Assembly (NCBI RefSeq): GCF_964355755.1
Contig: NC_092673.1
Location: 2,666,001-2,730,000 of the forward strand
Origin: Antedon mediterranea
Lineage: Eukaryota; Animalia; Echinodermata
Length of the DNA: 64,000 bases
Reading direction: 5' to 3'
A program made the translations under genes and the position numbers. Of this stretch, positions 39,401 to 48,909 are shown in pieces. The notes beneath the pieces were generated by a model, which worked only from the letters and a program-made list of their open reading frames with translations, had not been told where the DNA came from and searched no databases. Every line of letters begins with the position of its first letter. The first letter of the stretch is position 1.

Positions 39401-41148
39401 ATTTTTGTACTGAATTAACCTTCAAATATCAACGTGTTTCATTTTTATTTTCTATAACATGATGTACAATATCCATGACAACCAATACTAAAAAGTATGC
39501 TTCTTTACAAACTAGTCTAATTAAACAGACAGCTACATGTAATAACAATATTTTTATTTTAGTAGTTTACAATGATAATATTACTATCTGAAGTACGGTA
39601 GATCATTGTTAAGCAACAACATGACTTTATAATACTTGGATATAAATAGCCTGTAAAGAATAGCTTGATCATTACATATAACACTAACAGCCAATACAAA
39701 CAGCTTAAAATCAATAAAGCAAATAGTGGTGCTACTGTGTTTTATGTATACATAGCACTTATTTTCTCCCAGGCTTCTGTCTATAGATGCTGCACATTTT
39801 TATTATTGAATAGGCATTAGTAAAAACATGTGTAAAGGGTCTTTGACGGCGAATTGATGGCCAATGTTTCGTTTTCTCGAACTCCACGTGTCTATGGGCC
39901 AATCGATATGCATGTAGAAACGAAACATTGACGTTCGATTGGATTTGCCAGCGCCTGACCGTAAACGGTGTGAAAGACCCTTAAAACTCTAGGGAAAATG
40001 ACTAACAGTAGGTTTTCAGGCGTTATTACTATTAATTAGAAATTAGAAATTAAAAAGCATTCTCGGAAAATATACTTATGCCCTTTTAGTAAAATTTTCA
40101 CAATGTACGTAAACTTTTTACAGATTTATTAGTTATAATAGATCACACCATCACAACAGCTTGAGTTTGTTTACACTATCAAACTAGTTTGACAAAAAAA
40201 GTGTGATAGTGATATGCTTAAATATGGTAGTGATATGCTTGAATATGGTAGTGATATACATAAATATGGTAGTGATATGACATCCTCATATATTGGGCAC
40301 ATCACAATTTTTTTTGTCGCATAAAGTTTGATAACTGTGTAAATAGAGTTCACATCAAGATTTTTTATACATGATGTCATGCTGTATAAATCCAAAGGCA
40401 AATAACTGAAAAAATGACAATTCTGTGGGTATCAGTGGCTTGATCTCAATGGAGATACAAAATAAACGAAAAGCTAAATCAAAAAGATAAACTAAAACAG
40501 CCAGAAAAATTAGCAGAGATTTCGGGTAACACTAGCCCTTCATATATATATATAAGTATTAGTAAAAGCGCTTACCTGACAGAAATCAATCGTTTTAATC
40601 AATTCATTGATTTCTTCTGAATAAAAATCATGACTGAAGATAAGCAGGGTCTGACTTATATCCTTGGCGTTACGAAACGAATCAATTAAAAATCGTAAAT
40701 ATTCTAAGCGTTTATGAACCATGACGACTAGGACAGGTGCGTTTGGTGGTCTCGTCGGAAACTTGTCTAAATTCCTTATTTCTTGTATACGATTAATTTC
40801 TAAAATGGTCCGTTTTAATGTTTCTGCATTATTGGAAATGTTTTTTGAGTTTTCTAAATTCATTAAAGTTTTATTTATGTATATACTACTAATTTTATTA
40901 TTATTTTTATGTGGAGTAGGAAATTTTACATTTGACGCTTTCTGCTGCCCTCCTGACAATGTCTTAATGTTTTCTTTTGGCGGAACGTATTTTATACTGT
41001 CTGATCGTTTTCCTTTGGAAAATTTGTTATCAGTTTCTGCATTTCCCGGTTGACTACTTGCAGAAAAATAAAATGAACATAATGTAATTCCTGCCAATAA
41101 TAAAATAGTTTTTATTAGATAGCGTTTCCGCCGTAACACAGCCATCAT
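18418..41148 (-). CDS. MGAT2: Alpha-1,6-mannosyl-glycoprotein 2-beta-N-acetylglucosaminyltransferase (GlcNAc-T II, GT16), 468 aa, 8 coding exons
   Basis: Exons 41148-40576, 39168-39071, 30645-30546, 23616-23486, 22322-22247, 21374-21285, 19577-19453 and 18631-18418; all GT-AG with consistent phases, 1407 nt. Type II signal-anchor. Motifs LVVMVHKR, LLIFSHD, FPGVDPNDCPR, YGHYRE..TKHHWWWK, LLEEDHYVSPDF, CPECDIL, SSKHNMG, FCRFDDYNWDWTL, PRIFHIGECGIHH and NGGWGDIRDHTLC. Confidence 0.96.
19696..19819. mobile_element. MITE family A copy
   Basis: agctctgtctcgacactatcaaact...agtttgatagtgtagacagagct. Confidence 0.8.
20680..20835. mobile_element. MITE family A copy
   Basis: taa|agctctgtctacactatcaaact...gtagacagagct|taa. 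Confidence 0.8.
23221..23390 (+). mobile_element. Degenerate tRNA-headed SINE remnant
   Basis: A-box-like TAGCTTGGTTG and B-box-like GGGTTCAATT at tRNA-like spacing; no intact cloverleaf. Confidence 0.4.
23697..24034. repeat. Long foldback (150-bp arms, ~90% paired), probably derived from a Penelope-like element terminus
   Basis: 23697-23846 is the reverse complement of 23885-24034 with scattered mismatches. The 38-nt loop contains a hammerhead core. A short direct repeat of part of the arm sits at 23666-23698. Confidence 0.88.
23841..23890 (-). ncRNA. Minimal type I hammerhead ribozyme motif (Penelope-type)
   Basis: Minus strand reads uuucucacuc-CUGAGGA-u-gaucaa(agcaua)uugauu-GAAAC-GUC-gagaaa: CUGANGA box, 6-bp stem II, GAAA box, palindromic ACGU stem III, GUC cleavage triplet and cuc/gag stem I. 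Confidence 0.72.
24878..25009. mobile_element. MITE family A copy
   Basis: gctctgtctccactatcaaact...ttgatagtgtagacagagct. Confidence 0.78.
26148..26331. mobile_element. MITE family A copy with 4 internal 21-bp units
   Basis: taa|agctctgtctacacta...(ccaaatatggtagtgatatgg)x4...agacaaagct|taa. Confidence 0.8.
27508..27637. mobile_element. MITE family B copy with TAA target-site duplication
   Basis: taa|agcttggttcccactag...ctagtgggaaccacgct|taa. Confidence 0.85.
28457..28637. mobile_element. MITE family A copy
   Basis: agctccgtctacactatcaaact...agtttgatagtgtagatagagct. Confidence 0.82.
30913..31053. mobile_element. MITE family A copy
   Basis: tta|agccgtgtctacactatcaaac...gtttgatagtgtagacaaggct|tta. 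Confidence 0.82.
31288..31475. mobile_element. Palindromic TTAA-flanked MITE (Kolobok-like)
   Basis: ttaa|aggacaactttatcgagaaccatattttgacaacgtatt...aatacgttgtcaaaatatggttcttggtaaatttgtct|ttaa. Confidence 0.75.
32068..32200. mobile_element. MITE family A copy
   Basis: tta|agctctgtctacactatcaaact...agtttgatagtgtagagagct|tta. Confidence 0.82.
33070..33300. repeat. Near-perfect tandem duplication (2 x ~116 bp)
   Basis: gaagaca.atttatgatcttg.aaattgtttactgaatgtatcgaaggcagatgctgcaaaaaacatagcagtaacactgaaaatatactttctttttaaaatacattatcagtat occurs twice. Confidence 0.9.
34489..34828. repeat. 30-bp minisatellite (~11 copies)
   Basis: Unit aactacaatgctatgttactagctatgtat, almost invariant. Confidence 0.97.
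35861..36000. mobile_element. MITE family A copy (left TIR partly deleted)
   Basis: Family core plus right TIR agtttgatagtgtgtcagacagagct. Confidence 0.72.
36345..36530. mobile_element. Tc1/mariner-type MITE (TA target site)
   Basis: ta|cagtcaactctcccaataccggac...gtccggtattaagagagttgactg|ta; second copy at ~56136-56302. Confidence 0.85.
37550..38659. mobile_element. 1.1-kb non-autonomous PIF/Harbinger element
   Basis: tta|ggccctgttcagacccatggcgttagaccgttttagcgta...tacgctaaaacggtctaacgctatgggtctgaacatagcc|tta; ~40-bp TIRs with subterminal gtctgaac repeats. Confidence 0.85.
39836..39981. mobile_element. Harbinger-type MITE
   Basis: taa|agggtcttt...aaagaccct|taa, with internal inverted repeat caatgtttcgttt / aaacgaaacattg. 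Confidence 0.7.
40170..40349. mobile_element. MITE family A copy with several 21-bp units
   Basis: tacactatcaaactagtttgacaaaa...(aatatggtagtgatat)x3...ataaagtttgata. Confidence 0.75.
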
Positions 41149-41569
41149 CTTAACTCTTCCTCACAAACAGAATAAATTTTCCTGAAAGATAAAATTTATA
41201 TTTTTAGGTGTGAAAAACACATTTTATTAAATATTATTGATGGAAGACATCTTGAATAAAATTGGTGGTTTTTGATAGTAGCAGAACATCCCTAGTCTGA
41301 TGATAGCTTGTTGTATTTGCCTATTTGTAGTATGCCTTGGTAGTACTGAATACAGTGGCCGATCCATTCTTAACTAGTTACTGGCTTATCAGGCCTAGCT
41401 AGCCTAGCTAGGTAGGCCTTAGGCGGCATTCCCCGGGCCCAGAGAGAGTAATACTCAGTATTAGGCCTAGGCCAGGCTAGCCTACTCTAGAGGCTAGTCT
41501 ATTATACATTTGTATTGTTTTAAACAAAATAATGACATTTTAACTACTTTGGCGACCAGTAATGACACT

Positions 41570-41905
41570 TACAATTCAAATGATACAGTAATATACATCG
41601 GAATTAGATACTATAATATATTAATACTCAAACTAGACCTAGGCCTAGGAGTGCATCCTCCATTCCAAGGCCAAAACCTTCTCCGGTGAAAATCGTCTTC
41701 TGATGACAAAAAACCACCGACCGATGACTTTCATCATGGGCTCACCTGTCAACAGAGGGAAGCAGACGGATTATTATAAAAACTAGTCTATCTCCCTCTA
41801 TATCGACATAAAGAGTTTTTTTTCAGAGAGAGAATTTTATTAGAAAGTGTGTGAGAAATGAATTCAGTTGTTTTGATTTTGCAGGCATTTTTTCGAGAAG
41901 GTAAA
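41570..41905. promoter_or_regulatory. Putative bidirectional promoter and non-coding first exons of MGAT2 (-) and NT5C2 (+)
   Basis: MGAT2 has an acceptor at 41182 just upstream of its ATG, so it needs an upstream exon. Minus-strand donors lie at ~41572 and ~41745, and a plus-strand donor (gaag|gtaaaa) at 41900. TATAAAA at 41775. TAGGCCTA/CTAG clusters flank both sides. Confidence 0.5.
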
Positions 41906-42457
41906 AACATAAAACAAAGACAGAAAACATGCCAGTGGTAAAGCTATAAACTAATAATTTTAATAAATGCTTTAAAAACGCAATATTGTAAATAGCAGGC
42001 CTCTAGAGGGTCAGCTCGGCCTCTAGGAGGCTAGTAGGCCTAGCCTAGCCCTAATTCGGGTTTAGGCTCCTGGCTGGAGTATAGCCTAGATAGGGTAGTA
42101 GACTAGTACAATAGTATTACTATTAGTAGGTGGCCTAGGTTAGTTAGTAGTAAAAAAAAAGGTAAGCTGTAGTTATACAGTATACTTACTATTTTTTTTC
42201 CAGGTGGGTATCGGGCAAAGGTACAAATGGACAAGTGAAACACTACCTGTTGAATTTTCAAGATAAGTGAAGGAACTAGCCTACACAAAGAAAACTGTTT
42301 TAATGCAAGCAATATAATATTTAGGTATATATATATATTTATAAGTATGGTTTAACATATATATATAACGTATACTATTTTAATACCGATAACAAATTCC
42401 ATGGCAACTAAATAGAGAACAATGTGAAATTTAACTACCATGAACAGTCCACTATAC

Positions 42458-42603
42458 TGCTAGATGATGATGAGATGATGATGATGATGATGCTAGATGA
42501 TGATGAGATGATGATGATGATGCTAGATGATGATGATGAGATGATCAGATATGATGAGGTGCTGATGAGATGAGATGATGATGAAGATGCTAGATGATGA
42601 TGA
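42458..42603. repeat. Imperfect (ATG)n microsatellite
   Basis: gatgatgatgagatgatg... with interspersed gctag. Confidence 0.9.
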
Positions 42604-42619
42604 ATACTAATAGTAGTAG

Positions 42620-43170
42620 ATCCCGGCATCAAATGGCAGGATCATGTCTCAAATAAAACCGTTCTAACTCGGGCAAGTTTGCCCAGCATGTACTCACTAC
42701 TTACCCAGAGACGCCTTCGATGGCTGGGCCATGTAAGGCGCATGGATGACGGAAGAATACCAAAAGACTTACTCTATGGTGAGCTTGTCACTGGAACTAG
42801 ACCTAAAGGAAGGCCCATGTTACGCTTTAAAGACGTATGCAAGCGTGATCTTAAGTCGGGCAACACAAACGTCACAAACTGGGAGGCTGTTGCCTCCGAT
42901 CGCAGTATGTGGAGATCCACTATCAAGATGTGTGTCCAAACAAGCGAGAGTGGACGCGACAAGAAACGGACGCTACTCAAGAAACGTAGAAAGGAGAGAG
43001 CATCCTCTGCTCCAACCGATCAGGAGCCAACGTACATCTGCCCAAAATGTGACAAATCATGCCGCTCAAAAATTGGACTTTTTAGTCACAGCAGGCGCTG
43101 TGACCCTGCACCGAATGACGGATAGAGGGCGCATACCTATTGTCTCTCGAGACAGACGGCTGCCAACAAC
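42620..43170 (+). mobile_element. 5'-truncated RTE-clade (BovB-like) LINE 3' end
   Basis: GIKWQDHVSNKTVLTRA..RRLRWLGHVRRMDDGRIPKDLLYGEL..G.RPKGRP.LRFKDVCKRDLK, then a terminal C2H2-like CPKCDKSCRSKIGLFSHSRRC. Short 3' UTR with hairpin tgtctc-tc-gagaca and a caacaac tail. Confidence 0.92.
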
Positions 43171-44643
43171 TTTGTTTTCATGTGTATTTATTTAATTTGG
43201 TTATAACTACATATGAGCAAGATGAGTAATATCTTAATGACATTTTTTAATTTATTTATTTTTTCTACACAGGAGGGAGGAGATTTTTATGCAGTTTGCT
43301 GCCCTCTATCCTGTGCATCGCTGCAGGAGACAAGAAATAATAAAAATGAAAATCTAAACATGCAGCATGTGACAACATTCCCAAACTTTTTACATTCGAA
43401 ATGAAAAGTTATCTCAATGCTGCATTTTTTAAATGTAATTATTTCAACGTGACTTGGCCAATGATTCTCTGATTATTTAATATAACTACTGTATAATTTT
43501 CTCCACCACCGCCCTTGGTGCGAGTGTAAAAAGTCTTAAGAAAATATTGTTATAAAATGAAACATGATGGCAAAAGGAATCCTGGAAAATCCAGTACAAA
43601 ACTACTGTATTAAGATTTTGACAGTTTTAATGCACAGTGTAATTATTTTACTGTACAGTATTTTGTAAAATGTTGTAGTATATTGTTGTCTGAGGACTAG
43701 TTTTAAACAAAATAATACATTTTTTGACTAAATCAAAATCACATTTTTGTTTTAATAAGTATTTTTAATATGATAATTCAAACTGAAAGTTTAAATATTA
43801 TCTACTGTTTGTGGATAATGACAATGTATTTGAAGGTTCAATAAAATACAGAAATATGTATTAAATTTTGGGGTGTTTTTGTTGTTGTGTAGTATGTAAT
43901 TTTGTTTTATTGCGAAATTCTAAAAATCATTCATACTGTACATAATTATTGTCAAACAATTGATAGTGACAGTGTTGAGTACATAATAAAGTTGGTGTCA
44001 AATAGTATTAACATTTTTCATTTCATTGCTAAAAAATGGTTACAACACAATAATTCTTATGTATTCCATGTTTAAAAGAAATACCGTATTACATAATAAT
44101 TACATTCAACCAAGATTCAACCAAGTTTGTACTCACTTGTGATTGGTCAGTTTTGACTGTGCGTGTTTATGCGGTGATGTGACCTTTGTGTGTGTGTGAC
44201 ACCGCCGCCGTCGCCCACTTTAAAAAACAACGAACCTGGATGGATCAGCTGTTGTATGTTTGAACGTCGACAGTGCAGAGGGATAAACAACAAACTATTT
44301 CTTTAAAAAAAACTCCGTCAATTGTTAATTGAAACGTGGCATTTTCGAAACAATTTATAGAATAACATTCAAGGGATATTCTGTACGCAATTATTTAAGT
44401 AAGTTGACTTTATTGTGATGTTTTGTAGATAGTTTTGAGGTACTCTACAACACAGTTTATGATGAGCAGGTTGTTGGAACAAACGACACAGACTGGCTGA
44501 GATGTGTTTGAGATGTTAGCAAGGCTGTATACACCGTAGAGCCTAGGCTAGCCTAACACAAGGCCTATATACACAGTAAACGTTACGAAATACTGATGAA
44601 ATGTTTTTTGTATGTCTTCCCTCGTTTAATACAGACAAGGCCA

Positions 44644-46694
44644 GGATCTAGGATAGATTTCGGCCACCTCAACTTGTATGGACTATACCATTATAAAAAT
44701 ATGGGAAAATAGGGGTGTCCCATTTATTATTTGAGTGTGTTAATGTGTTAAAATACTGCTGCTTTTGTTTAGTGCATTATGTTTCAGCAACAAAAGGAAA
44801 ACAACTACGCCCTGCATGCTGTAGAATTAATTGCAGTTTTCAAGTTAATACAGTATATTATGGCTCTAATTATTTCTATATCATTTTTAGGTATCCTTTC
44901 ATAATATATTAGGTGGATTCCCTAAGGTGAATATTGAATAATTTTTACGGATTTATAGATATAGAAAGTATATAAAGAAATTAGTTTTTATTCCAGTTAC
45001 AAATAAAAAATATGATTTATCTAACGATAACACAGTAGTACATTTAATAAAGATGACAGTAGTACATTTAATAAGATCTATCACACACAGGCTACTGATT
45101 ATTAGGTAATCAGTAAAACAAATAAACATTATAATTTTGTCAATGAATCTTCTGTACCATTTTTGTTCCCAGAAAACACAGCGTTTGATATTGCGTGTTT
45201 TAGGTTTGGTTTTTCTAAAACGTTTGAAACACGTTTTTAAACGTTTCTGTAGTGTGTATAAATACATGTTCTAATTGAACAACGTAGCAGCTTCTCAATT
45301 CGGTCTTTATCCCCTTACATTTCCTTACTGATATTCCCAGCCCAATATACAATATGCCCAAATAGAACATGACTGATTAGTCAAACATAAACATTCTATA
45401 GTACAAATATCCTACTTTACCCCAAAGAACCGAGTTTCCTTTAAAGCAGTACAGTCTAATTGTATTTAAGTTCTTAACTATGACCAACATGTCGGTTGTC
45501 CACCCATTTACTTATAATTGTTAACAATCTCCTTTCATTTAATTGATGTACAGTCAGACCAATTATGTTTTCGAAAATCAATCCTTATTTCAAGTTGTTT
45601 TATTTATGTTTAGTTCAAGAAAATTGTTGCCATAATCGGTAAATCGAATAATCTCAGAAAGGTACAGAGAATAATTGTTGGTATAAGTCCAACTATAGCC
45701 GAGTCGTCGTAAAATAAAAATACATATAATTATGTCGTCAATGAATCCGTTACCATTTTGTTTCTGTATCTACAATCGTTTCTGGATCTGGATGAATACT
45801 GACGAAGGACCACATGGGTATATGCGCCAGGGGGTGCGTCTCTCGGTGTGCAAACATCATACTTAACTGAATTTGTTTTATAATTTTTTTTTAAATTTAT
45901 TAATTTCACAACTTCACAAAACTGACCAAACAATGACAAAAAAAAAGAAAACGTTTTAGCTGTCAATGAATCTTCAATTGTTCGTCTCACTGATGCCATT
46001 TCTTGGGTTCAAATCCATGTTGTTGGGATTTATCCCTTGCAAATAAAAAATATAGTTTATCTATACCGATAGGATTGGGCCGATTAGAATGCATTTGCCA
46101 ACATTCTTTTAAATATTTCACAACATTATAGAGTGTAGGTAATTTAACCGATTGTAATGTAGTACCGTATTTAGGATGTTTGAATTCTGTTCTGTACTGT
46201 AGTTTTAAATATGTTTTGATTCCGATTGTACTGTAGTTTAACATGTTTTAATACCGATTGTATTGTAGTATTTAAGATTAATTCTAATTTTGAATCCGAT
46301 TGTACTAAAATTTAATGTGTTTAAATCCAGATAGGCATAACATAGGCCTAGTATTTAATATGCTTTAATTTTGATTATACTGTAGTGTTTAGTTTAGTTT
46401 TTATATATAATAAGTAAGTATACTTAATATAGTAATATTGTTACAAAATCTTGGCATTCCCTAACACAGTACCTAATAATAACATGCCTTATAAAAAGTA
46501 CATGCTTGCTAGTTTTTGATGTTTTATATTGTTCCTTGTTGTTTGTACTGTAGGTTACATAACAGAACAATTGTATTGTCTTCCCATTCAATAGACACCC
46601 TTCTCTACATAAAAAAAATACACCACACCCCTATCATAATAATGGTATAGTCCATATAAGTTGAGGTGGCTGAAAACGGCACCTGACTGATCCT
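44644..46694. mobile_element. ~2-kb non-autonomous DNA element bounded by long inverted repeats
   Basis: tttcggccacctcaacttgtatggactataccattat..ataggggtgt (44658-44718) pairs with acacccctat..ataatggtatagtccatataagttgaggtggctgaaa (46625-46675). Interior has repeated gtcaatgaatc motifs and degenerate ccgattgtactgtagt units. No transposase ORF; exact ends uncertain. Confidence 0.65.
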
Positions 46695-46793
46695 ATTGTT
46701 ACAGTAATTATCCTAAACATTCATTTTAGAAATAGTAGTTAGTTAGTACTTCACAATCACAACAAGGCCAGGCTAAGCCTAGCTTAATAAATA

Positions 46794-48110
46794 TTACCTT
46801 GAATTACCTTGAATTACCTTGAAATTAAGGCTAAAGCAAATTGCTTATTCGCCTCTCTGGAATTAAAAATCTCTTACATACAGCTGGAACTTCTGGTGGT
46901 GGTTTTTCCAGTGTTCTTTCAAATTAGACTTAAACTGATTCAATGACTTTGACTCTACAACAACTCTCGGCAAAGCGTTCCAATCGTTAACTACTCTTGC
47001 TCCAAAATTATTTGATCCCCATTTAGTTTTGACCCGCTGCTTTAATAGTTTGAAAGAATGACCTCTAGTATAATGGATAGTTGACATATTAAAAAAGGTT
47101 TCAATGTCCAATTTATCGAATCCTTTAAGTATTTGAAATACTTGGATCAGAGAAGCTCTCTTTCTTCTATAAACTAACGTAGGAAGATCAAGTATTTTTA
47201 GCCTACATACATACTCTGTACCCCTAGTTCCGGAATGAATCGGGTGGCCTTTTGTTGTAGCTTCTCCAACCTATCCTCATCCGCTAAAAACTTAGGAACC
47301 CAGACATTATTACAGTATTCCAGGGTTGGACGTATAAGCGACATGTATAACAGCAAAAAACTCTCAGGGTCCAAAAATTTAAACGCTCGATATATAATAC
47401 CTAACTTCCTGTTAGCAAAAGAAATTACATGGGACACATGATGACACAGAACTGCATGATCGCTCTTGCCTAGAGGAGGACCATATTATAATCGCATCAA
47501 CGAAACATTCATCCAATGTACTTGGTACGTCGCTACCGTGAAAACGCGTAGGTTCTACACAATGCTGAAACCAAAAAACCTCCTGAAATATTTTCAAAAA
47601 AATCTGAAGTATCTGAATCACCTTGAGATTCCATTCTAACCCAATCGATATTCCTGTAATTAAAGTCTCCTGCAACTAAAAGAAAATCTGCTTGAAAATG
47701 GTTTACCTGCTCCAATAACAAATTTAATAAAACATTATTCTCTTTAGAACTGCTTGGACTACGATAAACACAACCTGCAAGTAATTTCTGGTCAAGAGGT
47801 AAATTAATAATAACCTAAACCGACTCTCTAAATTCATTAAACTTTACTTCTGATACTGGAATAACCATTCTTGACATATAACCCAGTGCCTCGCACAGAA
47901 TCTTTTGACAGAAAACAGTGGTAACCTTCCAAAACTAAACTTTCCATACTGATTTCATAATTTATGTTTTTCGGGAACATCTCGGTTAAAAACACTAAAT
48001 CAGGATTCTCCTTTTGCAAACGTAAATTTAATTCTTCTTTCTTATTAAAAACAGAGTCACATTTTGTATACAAACATAATAAACAATCTTTTTCTTTTAG
48101 CACAATTGGA
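46794..48110 (-). mobile_element. Internally deleted CR1 LINE: APE endonuclease joined to the post-RT C-terminus, RT core missing
   Basis: Endonuclease motifs CLYTKCDSVFNKKEEL, PDLVFLTEMFPK, LVAGDFNYRNIDW, QHCVEPTR and PPLGKSDH. C-terminal motifs ANRKLGIIYRAF, LIRPTLEYCNNVW, TRGHSFKL and RVVNDWNALP. 3' tandem tail (ttcaaggtaa)x3 at 46794-46823. Multiple frameshifts. Confidence 0.88.
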
Positions 48111-48909
48111 CTAGTTTTGCTTAAGCCTTTAATAATATTATAATTGTATTGTATATTTTCTCTGAATAACCTTGTTGTGAACCACAAACTGTAGTTCCAC
48201 TGTAGTTAATACAATGGGTTATACAAAAAATGCATTGTAATGACAATAATTCATATAATCATTGTTGTTTTATAGCATAGAATTAGTAGATCATGATATT
48301 TAAAAATATTTAATTTAAAAAAAATGGTAATGCTCAAGTAAAATCTATTATAAACAATAAAAGCACACTATTTTTCAAAAACAATTATTACAAGAAATAG
48401 AGTTTTCTTTGTTATCAGTTAACAATTGCTTGAGCTAATTCTTTATAGTGACTTGGGAATAGCAGGTGGTTGTAACAAAACATCAACAAAGTATTGTCAC
48501 TTGCTTCCTATTGTCTTAGTGGCTCTACTTTAAATATTAATTAGGCAGAAGGATCAGACAAAACAATAAAAAAGTATTATTATTATTATGCGAGTTGAAA
48601 ACATTTTAATGTAATTTCCTCCTCTTTTTTTACTATTTAACATATTTTCTTTGTTTCCTTATAAATTTAATTTTTGTATTGCAACATTTTTCAAATTTTT
48701 TTTGTATTTTGTAAAAGGAAATTTGTCAATAAAAATTTTTTTTAAACTTAATTTGGCTTTCTAGTATAGACAACAAATGAAAATAATTTTCTATAATAAT
48801 TACTAATGTTTCTTTTAGGAAATTTGTCAAATTATACATTTAAAAAAACTGAATTTGACGTTCCTAGTACATTACTTAATTTTTATTTTTAGTATTTCGT
48901 GGGTTGAAA

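Noticed and set aside
40540-40575. C-terminal extension of ORF 40540-41148 (VSAFTNTYIYI)
   Set aside because: This is read-through past the GT donor at 40575. Homology continues in the exon at 39168.
42435-42632. Ser/Ile-rich ORF
   Set aside because: It is the translation of the (ATG)n microsatellite.
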